61,836 bases of DNA from Patescibacteria group bacterium (GTDB lineage Bacteria > Patescibacteriota > Patescibacteriia > UBA1558 > GWA2-36-10). Numbering within the stretch: position 1 is the first letter of the stretch; each line of letters opens with the position of its first letter. Position numbers and translations under genes: made by a program. Shown here in pieces: positions 12,201-17,933 of the stretch. The notes under the pieces were generated by a model, which ran no database searches, was not told where the DNA came from, and worked only from the letters and a program-made list of their open reading frames with translations. The stretch spans positions 973,377-1,035,212 of the forward strand of contig JAHJQF010000001.1 in the NCBI GenBank assembly GCA_018819405.1. Reading direction: 5' to 3'.

Positions 12201-13168
12201 GGCACATTCATATTAATTTGAGTATCTGTCCAATCTCCTATTCCTAGTCCTAAAGTAGTATTATCCAATGTCACTACCGCTGCACCATCCCAACCTTCCA
12301 TAGAAATATTTTCCTCAAAATCAGTAAAACCGGTGCCCGTTGCCTGGACATCAATACTGGTCCCACTAAATGCTTCTTCAGGAGATAAACAATTTAAATT
12401 TAAAGTAGCCAGTCCTGGAGTAACTACAAATGAAATAGCGTCATCGGTAATATTTCCCAAATCATTGGTCAAAAATACATCATAGACCCCCTCAGCCAGA
12501 GTATCTGGCACCCTAACTCTGACCCAAGTATCTTTCCACTGTGGATCAGCACATACCACTAACTCGACAGTAAATCTTGTACCGCTTGAACGCTCCTCCA
12601 ATTGCACCATACCAAGACTATCCGGACTGCTATTTCCACTTACTGGCAACCTATCAAAGTGATAACCATAAATTGTCAGGTTACTTCCGGCTGGTCCGTT
12701 TTCACGATTGAGTTTACAAATACGCGGATCAGTAGTATCTGCCGGTGCATCACAGCCGATCGTACCACCCGGTGGTATTGTAGTACCACCACCTGGACCA
12801 CCAGCCCCCGTTTCATTATATAGTGATTGCAACACAAATCTAGAAATTGCATAAGCTGAGACAATAATTACCAGTCCTATCACGGCGCTGATTATAAGTA
12901 GCTTGGCACGTTGTACTTTGTCGGAATTTCCCTGAGAGGTCATCCACAAGAACCCTCCGTAGAGTATAATCAGTACTGCCAAGATACCCAAAAATCCCAA
13001 AAAGATATTGATTATCCCAGCCACCGTATCTTCTATAGAGCGGCTACCCAAAGCTATATTTGTACTGGCCAAATCATTTATACCAAAAACATCTGAAGCC
13101 AATGCCTTGTGCACAGACACAAACCCTAGAGAAAATATGCTAATTAATACAGAAAATAATTGTCTCAT
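3212..13168 (-). CDS. Giant (3,318 aa) secreted protein: a TrbC/VirB2-like pilin membrane hairpin followed by IPT/TIG, Ig-like modules, FN3, CGDG Cys-rich repeats and a C-terminal vWA domain
   Basis: Uninterrupted 9,957-nt ORF. Signal-like N-terminus ...VHKALA/SDVFG. Two TM helices flank TSQGNSDKVQRAK. Six GPxGxxxxIxGxxFG-type IPT motifs. Modules ending W-x-F followed by CxxCxYxW. An FN3-like segment LSWNQP...YRYRIAA. Nine CGDG/CGNG...CD repeats. MIDAS-like motif DLVYVFDMSGSM. Confidence 0.9.
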   Translation of the reverse strand: MRQLFSVLISIFSLGFVSVHKALASDVFGINDLASTNIALGSRSIEDTVAGIINIFLGFLGILAVLIILYGGFLWMTSQGNSDKVQRAKLLIISAVIGLVIIVSAYAISRFVLQSLYNETGAGGPGGGTTIPPGGTIGCDAPADTTDPRICKLNRENGPAGSNLTIYGYHFDRLPVSGNSSPDSLGMVQLEERSSGTRFTVELVVCADPQWKDTWVRVRVPDTLAEGVYDVFLTNDLGNITDDAISFVVTPGLATLNLNCLSPEEAFSGTSIDVQATGTGFTDFEENISMEGWDGAAVVTLDNTTLGLGIGDWTDTQINMNVPLDLANLPNAISSEVTVTVGTEWDSLPFVVLCDTDSNCASGCCYADYSCLEEDVCTAGSGTGGDDAPVIENITPEDGAVGNLITIFGYNFGDDMGVVRFESLAGPGWVEGDLPSYLSNGSCVNIWTNNYIIIGVPADAVVGVGDLTVVQSAAVGGLESDPYPFERNDTIIRPSICALSDSEGYYSQDITIDGIGFQTTDQAYFDTVVSYDTSVTDVTPPGTYAIAEVPNVAGYFGVTMHTDAGEISNPYPFTAIISSGGLPIINEISPAGGPVGQYITIMGSGFGSSGEVRFDPSGLNVRGDDSFPVMCGDSFWSDSQILVKVPEAAWTLDTNYEVVVVRGSDSAISESYSFEIQSGDPAPGICLIDPNNGPAGYDDVDIFGENFGAIPGSVYFYNEQSVGVIPPASWNDNQVLNLTVPAGAVTGPVYVQDSGGDTSNEVNFAVGECQNTESCQAAYGESYVCCPEATGDYCTDSCGVDINACYYSWNFYTEDDPFGIHYNYNCDTDVQSPSPWPDGHEWEDAVTGFISYPSSVDAFTDANISILFTRNVVDADLLDSDNFRVYACNHDPDLTGFAPGSCEVTSLDGNLSIINHNSSREGVEFNPGLDEAFRLDAGRWYRVVLGSFKSSWGGDVWDPTMEDPDFDWYFRVRNDTNICEVSNVVVSPQRNVSDIYVGSEREFYSTPVADNCNVCGGNYDWAWSLDPDPAPIASYATLLLNDVDNENINRGYNIMQGGPNATQFLPDPNYASINAQNLDFAISGTSQSMILAPTLSLLDYGPRCNDSCLNAGVWAIFSTQLDSIIDIDGTYPDQIAIYRCTDTNCNTYDNSLNYVNGYTISDELLTINHIDFIPQENYKVILSADLINTYSYSLGAEKSWNFSVGDENCELAGAYIRPDGLTVTNLNDILYTAYTYGEVGICGADFIQCDDGPCNYTWSTDEPATYFTLDTGARQVWARPLGPNGTAPIDLDISGDYGPASASTNLTINVSGGNALDLDLHHTLVEPTCGAVCTTSLVRVCFDKDVESTSIPATGFSILSAATGEHFNGADWMGPSNPQCIKLNYTGIGRNDNFTVTVPAGIEGIDGSVLRSDINWNFGTGDSECFATGALVSPDYRRITTPGESWVYQAYGTWSSEECSNVTFDCTACTYDWSLSNGFASIVGSNILQSVEVQDNQTTDAGTVEVMVNLINEHGDTVEPDSGVFEIDTAGTVDPLFVTNHYPDCDGSCSNADVTIYFNSDLRTVSLPGNYHIYDDTLGTEITGLLTTIGNRQVLIDHTPFVLGHDYRVVLDGTIQNTDLSFLYNGAGYTYTFGIGAADCGVDRARVEPQNVTAGASQPLGNYIAQTIHDSVVCGEEPINCPTCNYNWFFDTPNIAVFSSPLTQTTDVTTNSSPPLVGGEHTEVNVTVAEGTSPPVSTDPGDINIIISGPVVYPTPEVVDINPDHLETNICLNIAPNIEFSETMNRASIISQGRFYEECAGTCEVTGTWTFRETTNGTQAMFNPDINLNPNLNYWISFANTDAIVSVNGVSLDPTGLFTTPMGGLGWMFTAGDRICQVHSADISRNDLYIDSDLFNCAGINNCPGDSRPAIGGNQHTYIATVYDISGAILSGTFLDYTWDSTQLSDDVVFSVLDSDQETDGTAQPTNGQAVLSVDVENSTDDPGHIVRDTALVEVMLCEEPWPNLSSYPWTDPEMPSTNFSTYYCQYSGLPGDNILPYLAIPSLNNPDDPDVYREFISTINYLTVKSGTNAFGSLAYYDDYQTETKESVWQKITKLFNKPAFAFEDGVLLCGPVTPRNFAITFDGINAHLSWNQPNYDPDLNGPTSGFLVQRMLIGDDVDWQNYATAPAGANSWTDPEDLELDREYRYRIAATSNTCDDFPSSNWAGPITLYTNASHSLVDIIGIRVIQNSEHLSVMDWYLKNAPNPSDTGSLVSIDGYEALKVGNTLYIAASNVTTNIYTNIYIIAHNIGARPSTINIFNQMVSNFKLNINITENTANICNISGLSCSTDYDCPGENDYCEARKLKLRRDTKRLSDLIAIQRSIMSYGEAHASCSYDSSISCNDSTDCPGGECIKQYPPLNAGSYLQGLTNSRWPSWTATLGSALGMSIPSDPINRFNIDGCSDPYNTDTCWSESTLEFFCPTNSLIYYYNSLDFGRGFTLRANFEYDMYDTGGVTFASSLVPSGWSTLYGLASDLGIYCDDAVQNSPGAAAWPNCGNGIVDTEPYCTISCPNCDNSVDCVNSGGRWVQEECDGNFWSYACSQDAPNSNPDILTNGNHPWWNEQTIGCYPPGSLDSVGNSIGCQWYPIDRSQAPFTASQCGGYCGDGAVQTFYENCDGNLPSGYSCDDGDSISCSGCQVMCTGDGGSYPAALCGDGIWTPGVEECDNSANPNGLDTWDCTEGGAVRCSNSCVVECTVGDPYTGACGDGEVNFPEEQCDYAGYVAPGPDTSGPANTYTCSNQCQFTGDYCGNGILEYAFQEICDTNYETPLPEYSSKFNQYECRMSGIFWDFDTGNDYGRCTATEAGWCGDGFIQDIYEETCDPAIAGDLYSPNETSLINQYVCDDYDCDGRVGGYCGDGEVQSDYNEICDGLDYPDRPTPAESDFTRTYTCDMTSNNRCQQSASGGGYCGDNIQQTLFGEGCDWNVADPEFSYPWPRQRDNITIFSDPSFQYECSDCLNTGGYCGDGVVQSYEDCDTGFDPAYEIEKNIDLVYVFDMSGSMRGDAQALCTATQGVVANLEEDHQEIDYRITIYVLGDNDGGVAYDDSDGTDTPDRPYTPVYLTDDDADDIESIFPNNGGWLDEALQVFRALYTDCALNDNVNYPKVRYLSFYDNTSNDINVPVTINGDIPDFDEACHSNNSDQFAGRLENWGYAISKIIEGYNWKPGYQRVVLPVSDEAAYCGGNSIIHENEDYDASLPDVLYSASQAARLSDPAVHISPVLRRFTPIYDIGQRLADDTGGLFTNEVTGWAAQTIKVINSSFCDGNGDAHMDCTLEP

Positions 13169-13272
13169 TTTTATATTTACCCCACACCTTTTATAAAGCG
13201 CAGGAAACTTACTAATTATACCCCTAACTTTTTATTTAAAAGGTGCGGGGTGAATTTTTATAAAATTTAAAA

Positions 13273-14928
13273 TTATGGCGTACCAATTGCCCCAGTGCAT
13301 GGTCCTCCCGAACAATCTGGTGTGGTACAAGTGCAAGAATTATCTCCTGCCTGACAAAGACAAGGATACCAACAATTTTGTCTGGAATCTTTAATACCAG
13401 AGCTAAGAGTTGGTGTATATATAGTAGTAGGAGAAAATTTGTCATGATAAATATTTATAACATTTCCCCCACTCAAACCAGTCCAATAATTTAAAGCCCC
13501 GACCGAGCTGTCCAAAGAAATATTACTAGAATTTACTGAACTAGAAAGTAACTCTTCACTAAACTCTACGCTAATTGGTGCGTTGAGGTCGACGTCTGTT
13601 ATTTCTTCCATTTGAGTGATAAAAGGTGGTGTTAAATCCAAAACATTATTGGTGGTAAAAGACCAAACATAATCACTACCAGAGCAACTGGTTCCACAAT
13701 CTAAGACATTACCGGCCATATCAACTATTGCCTCTTCTCTATCCGCCACCAAATCATCAGTAGCTGTGCCTGATACCAGACCATTTATAGTTTCGTCACC
13801 TGGTAAACAAAATACAGAACCGCCGCAAGAATTTTCTCCACAAAATTGATCAGTAATAAACTCTACCGTACGATATTGATTGGATATTGTATAGCGTCCG
13901 CCTAAATTTCCAGAGATAGAACCGCTGACAATGACATTGTCAAAACCATCTGCGGTAAAACCAGCTGCTGAAATAGAATCCACAGCTTCGGAAAAATTGA
14001 TCTGCACAGCACTATTTTTTGGATTATTTGTTGATCCATTAGGAGGCACAATATAAGTCACTGTCGGTGGAGTCAAATCAAGCTCAGTTCCTACTGTAAA
14101 ACGCCAACTATAAGCCCCGCTGACAAAAGCACCTGTGCCGGCTAATGTCTGGATATTACCTAATTGCATAGTATGTCTGACATCAGCACTAGGACTACCC
14201 AGATAAGTAGTACTATCGCCATATGGATTTATCAAAAATTCATCCTGACCCTCTCTGGTGGTCGCATTGTAAGGAATAAAAATAATCGGCAAATCAACTC
14301 CTGTAATTGCGTCAGGATTACCTTGAGCCAAAAGACTTATATAATCTGAATTAACTACACAATCAACACCTGGTGTGCAAGCTGTATCTTCTACCATGTA
14401 GGCAATATCAATCGGCTCCTCAAAAGTCAGATAAATATTGGTATTTCTTGGCACACCTACTGCATCTCTAGGAGGATAGTGGCTCTCCAGTGCCCCAGCT
14501 CCCAAACCCACACCACCAATAGCTCCCCCGCCACCTGAGCCACCACCTGTACCAAAGGTATTATCATAGCCTTCACGCAGGACAAATCTGGCTATGGCAT
14601 AAGAAGACAATACTATAACAAGACCAATCACACCATTTATAATTATCTTCTTAGCTCTATCAATTTTTTCGGTGTTACCTTGGGATGTCATCCATATAAA
14701 TCCACCGTATAGAATTATCAAAGTTGTCAAAATCCCCAAAAATCCCAAAAAGATATTGACAATGCCGGCAATAGTTTCTTTTAGGTCTTTTGTACCCAAA
14801 TTTACACCGGACGAAGCAAAATCATTGACACCAAATACATCGGCCTGAGCAGGGGCGCTCAAAGACAACAAAAAAATAACTGCAAAAAAGAAAATAAATA
14901 ATACAGTTATTTTTTTAGATTTTAGCAT
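13273..14928 (-). CDS. TrbC/VirB2-like pilin-domain protein followed by bacterial Ig-like (SbsA/Big_5-type) domains and a Cys-rich C-terminus
   Basis: 551 aa. The N-terminus (signal, DVFGVNDFAS, IAGIVNIFLGFLGILTTLIILYGGFIWMTSQGNTEKIDRAKKIIINGVIGLVIVLSSYAIARFVL) is closely paralogous to the N-terminus of the giant protein. Later segments LDLTPPTVTYIVPPNGS...INFSEAVD and LDLTPPFITQ...VEFSEEL. Tail CWYPCLCQAGDNSCTCTTPDCSGGPC. Confidence 0.85.
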   Translation of the reverse strand: MLKSKKITVLFIFFFAVIFLLSLSAPAQADVFGVNDFASSGVNLGTKDLKETIAGIVNIFLGFLGILTTLIILYGGFIWMTSQGNTEKIDRAKKIIINGVIGLVIVLSSYAIARFVLREGYDNTFGTGGGSGGGGAIGGVGLGAGALESHYPPRDAVGVPRNTNIYLTFEEPIDIAYMVEDTACTPGVDCVVNSDYISLLAQGNPDAITGVDLPIIFIPYNATTREGQDEFLINPYGDSTTYLGSPSADVRHTMQLGNIQTLAGTGAFVSGAYSWRFTVGTELDLTPPTVTYIVPPNGSTNNPKNSAVQINFSEAVDSISAAGFTADGFDNVIVSGSISGNLGGRYTISNQYRTVEFITDQFCGENSCGGSVFCLPGDETINGLVSGTATDDLVADREEAIVDMAGNVLDCGTSCSGSDYVWSFTTNNVLDLTPPFITQMEEITDVDLNAPISVEFSEELLSSSVNSSNISLDSSVGALNYWTGLSGGNVINIYHDKFSPTTIYTPTLSSGIKDSRQNCWYPCLCQAGDNSCTCTTPDCSGGPCTGAIGTP

Positions 14929-14950
14929 GGGTTCTTTATTTAATTATAAA

Positions 14951-15388
14951 CTATGTTTGTATTTTTTGTTTTACCAATTGACTGACCAACTTTCCGTCAG
15001 CCTGCCCATTGGTCTTGGCCATTGTTTCTTTCATTACTTGTCCAAAATCACTCAATCCGCTAGCCAAGACCTCATCTATAATTTTTGAAATTTCAACTTC
15101 GGAAAGCATCTGAGGCATATAAGCCAATAAAACTTCAGCCTCAGCCTGCTCACGAGCCAACAAATCATCACGCCCGGCTGACTTAAAAGACTCAATAGCA
15201 TCCTGACGCTTTTTGAGTTCTTTTTTGACTACCACTATCACATCTTCATCATCAAGTTTTTCAATCCTTTTTTCAATAGCCAAATTTTTCATGGCACTTT
15301 TAAGCATCCTTAAAGTAGAGACTTTAAGCTCCTCTCTATTCTTGAAAGCTGCTTTGAAATTTTGATCAATAGTTTGCTCTAAAGACAT
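14951..15388 (-). CDS. yqeY: GatB/YqeY domain protein
   Basis: 145 aa with a typical YqeY sequence (LKVSTLRMLKSAMKNLAIEK ... EVLLAYMPQ). Confidence 0.85.
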   Translation of the reverse strand: MSLEQTIDQNFKAAFKNREELKVSTLRMLKSAMKNLAIEKRIEKLDDEDVIVVVKKELKKRQDAIESFKSAGRDDLLAREQAEAEVLLAYMPQMLSEVEISKIIDEVLASGLSDFGQVMKETMAKTNGQADGKLVSQLVKQKIQT

Positions 15389-15409
15389 TTTTATAGTATA
15401 GACCTGATT

Positions 15410-15655
15410 TTATCGCTTTTTTCCGCGCTTGGCATCAAATTCATCTATTTTTCCAATCCTTTTTAGATGTTCAAAACGAGAACTAATATTTTTGCGACGA
15501 AGCGCACTGTCTTTTTGTTCTCTTTTTGATTTATCTTTAGTAAAAAATCTGACTTTTTTTGCTTGTAAAATTTTTCCACTCTGGATTGTTTTTTTAGTGA
15601 ATCGGCGGATCAAGCTTTCGAAAGATTCTCCATCTTTACGCTTGACTTCCAACAC
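15410..15655 (-). CDS. rpsU: 30S ribosomal protein bS21
   Basis: LEVKRKDGESFESLIRRFTKK... is a typical S21 sequence. I place the start at GTG 15655 because GGAGGTGA (15661-15668) lies 8 nt upstream. The ORF-track start at 15664 lies inside that SD. Confidence 0.85.
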   Translation of the reverse strand: MLEVKRKDGESFESLIRRFTKKTIQSGKILQAKKVRFFTKDKSKREQKDSALRRKNISSRFEHLKRIGKIDEFDAKRGKKR

Positions 15656-15773
15656 TATAATCACCTCCGTTTCTAATAATTTTTTATCAACTTATCTGTG
15701 AAAAGAATAACGCTAAAAAGCGATTATTCACATCATTATAATGACAAATTTTTAATTAAAAGTCAATAGAAAA

Positions 15774-17111
15774 TTAATTATCTTGTTTTTCAGTCTTTTT
15801 GAGTTTTAGACTTTTAGTGGTATTGGTAGAAATTCTCTTCCTAACTTCATTGGCAACCTTTCTAAAATCCACTATTTCCTGAATACCGCTTTCCATATCG
15901 CGGATAAGAATAGTATCATCAGATATTTCTTTCTGTCCTAAAATCAAAGTATATTTAGCTCCTTTTTTATTGGCTATCTCCAGCTGGTCTTTGAGATTTT
16001 TCTTGGACATATTGGCTATGACTTCAAAACCTTGGCTTCTCAAACTCTCCAAAAGACCCAGAGCCTTCTTGCGCGCTTCAATTCCTAACTGAGCAATATA
16101 AATATCAAAACCTTTATCCTTGTCAAATTCTACTTTATTCTCTTGTAATTTCATAATCACTCTTTCTATACCAACTGCAAAACCAACTGCCGGAGTAGGA
16201 CGACCACCCAATAATTCTACTAAATCATCATAACGACCGCCACCGCCCAGAGCATTGAGCTTGCCGTCACGACTATCAACTTCAAATATTTCCCAGGCCG
16301 TTCTTGTATAATAATCCAAACCCCTGACTATCTTGGAGTCAAGATTATATTTGATATCCAATTCATCCAAGTATTCCAAAACAGACATAAAGTGCTCTTT
16401 GCCAGCTTCAGACAAATAATCCACCATCTGTGGGGCTTCTTCTGATATTTCCTGACACTTTTTATTTTTGCAATCAAGTAAACGTAGAGTGTTTTTGTTT
16501 AATCGGACCTTGCAATCCTTGCATAAATCTTTACTTTTTTCCTGATAAAACTTTTTCAAAACTTTGATATATTCTACTCGACTGTCAGTGTCCCCTACGC
16601 TATTTAGGTGTATTTCTATATCTAACCCCAATTCTTTTAAAATAAAATAAGAGACAGCAATCATCTCAGCATCTACCACTGGATCATCATCGCCTATTGC
16701 TTCAAAACCAAACTGCCAAAACTGTCGATAACGTCCAGCTTGAGGATTATCGTGTCTAAATTGAGGACCAATATAAAAAAGTTTTACTGGCTGAGGCAGG
16801 TTGAGCATACCGTGCTCAATATAAGACCTGACGACACTGGCTGTGTTTTCCGGACGCAAAGAAATTTTGTCACCACCCTGAGTAACAAAAGAATACATTT
16901 CTTTATTTACTACATCTGTTGATTCGCCTACTGTTCTTTTAAAAAGATTGGTAAATTCTACAATCGGTGTATCAATTCTAGAAAATCCATAATTTTTAGC
17001 AAAATTATCTACCACCTTACGTACAAAATTCCAATACACCTGTTCATCCGGCAAAATATCTTTCATACCCTTTATCAATTGCACACTAGCCTTTTTTCTT
17101 TTAGTTGCCAT
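15774..17111 (-). CDS. hisS: Histidine--tRNA ligase
   Basis: 445 aa class II aaRS with HisRS motifs (RPENTASVVR, GGGGRYD). Confidence 0.95.
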   Translation of the reverse strand: MATKRKKASVQLIKGMKDILPDEQVYWNFVRKVVDNFAKNYGFSRIDTPIVEFTNLFKRTVGESTDVVNKEMYSFVTQGGDKISLRPENTASVVRSYIEHGMLNLPQPVKLFYIGPQFRHDNPQAGRYRQFWQFGFEAIGDDDPVVDAEMIAVSYFILKELGLDIEIHLNSVGDTDSRVEYIKVLKKFYQEKSKDLCKDCKVRLNKNTLRLLDCKNKKCQEISEEAPQMVDYLSEAGKEHFMSVLEYLDELDIKYNLDSKIVRGLDYYTRTAWEIFEVDSRDGKLNALGGGGRYDDLVELLGGRPTPAVGFAVGIERVIMKLQENKVEFDKDKGFDIYIAQLGIEARKKALGLLESLRSQGFEVIANMSKKNLKDQLEIANKKGAKYTLILGQKEISDDTILIRDMESGIQEIVDFRKVANEVRKRISTNTTKSLKLKKTEKQDN

Positions 17112-17123
17112 AATAATATTATT

Positions 17124-17768
17124 TTAATAACTTGGTAAATTAAAAGTATTCAGTCTGTCTAATGGCCAACCTCTAAACCATACTCGGCCGACTATACCGC
17201 TTTTTTGTATAGGACCAAGCTGCCTGGAATCAAGACTATTGACCCTGTTATCTCCCATGGCAAAATACTCATCCAAGCCCAAAGTAATTTTGGGATGATC
17301 ATCAGAAGAAAAATTAGCAATATAAGATTCTTCTAATATTTTATCATTAATATAAACACGGCCAGCTTTTAATTCTACTTCTTCTCCGGGCAGGCCTATG
17401 ACTCTTTTTATAAAATAAGCCCTAGTATTTCTAGGATCTTTTAAAATAATAACCTCACCTCTTTGAGGACTATTAAAACGATATGATATCTCATCAATAA
17501 CCAAATATTCGTTTTGATAAAAATTTGGCTCCATAGATGCACCTTCTACATAAAAAGGCTGAACTAAAAATAATCTTATTGGCAATATAATAGCCAAAGA
17601 AATCAAAACCACTTTGACCACTTCAAAGATTAAAATAGCAAATTTTTTGGCCCAACTAATGCTTGGTTCTTCGTCATTTTCAGAAAAATGGCTAAGATCA
17701 AAGTCTTGACCCTCTAAAGAGTTCTCTTCTAAAGAGCCCTCTTTTTCTAAATGTTCTTCTTGTGACAT
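17124..17768 (-). CDS. lepB: Signal peptidase I
   Basis: N-terminal TM helix, the catalytic Ser box GASMEPNF, and the GDNRVNSLDSR box. Confidence 0.9.
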   Translation of the reverse strand: MSQEEHLEKEGSLEENSLEGQDFDLSHFSENDEEPSISWAKKFAILIFEVVKVVLISLAIILPIRLFLVQPFYVEGASMEPNFYQNEYLVIDEISYRFNSPQRGEVIILKDPRNTRAYFIKRVIGLPGEEVELKAGRVYINDKILEESYIANFSSDDHPKITLGLDEYFAMGDNRVNSLDSRQLGPIQKSGIVGRVWFRGWPLDRLNTFNLPSY

Positions 17769-17878
17769 AAATATATCTTTTATTTTAGACGATTAATAGG
17801 CTTATTATACACAAAGTATCTACTAAAATCAACAGCAAAAAAGCTTAAAAATAAAAGGGAAAAGCTAACTTTTATAAG

Positions 17879-17907
17879 TTGACTTTAATGTCTTTTATTA
17901 GTATAAT
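17879..17907 (+). promoter_or_regulatory. Sigma-70-like promoter for the LCP-der-pth unit
   Basis: TTGACT (17879-17884), a 17-nt spacer, then TATAAT (17902-17907). It lies 27 nt upstream of the ATG at 17934. Confidence 0.6.
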
Positions 17908-17933
17908 TCATATACTCTACGGGTGCAAAATTC

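Noticed and set aside
3212-13168. About 25 short ORFs (60-110 aa) on both strands inside the giant gene in the six-frame track
   Set aside because: All are nested in or antisense to one continuous 3,318-codon frame with clear domain content. Their products are low-complexity (Ile/Thr/His-rich) with no start context.
3212-14928. A diversity-generating retroelement targeting the surface proteins
   Set aside because: I noticed no reverse-transcriptase ORF and no template/variable repeat pair (near-identical segments of about 100 nt differing at adenines) in the window. A DGR elsewhere in the genome cannot be excluded.
15429-15701. Plus-strand 90-aa ORF
   Set aside because: It is antisense to rpsU and has no start signals.
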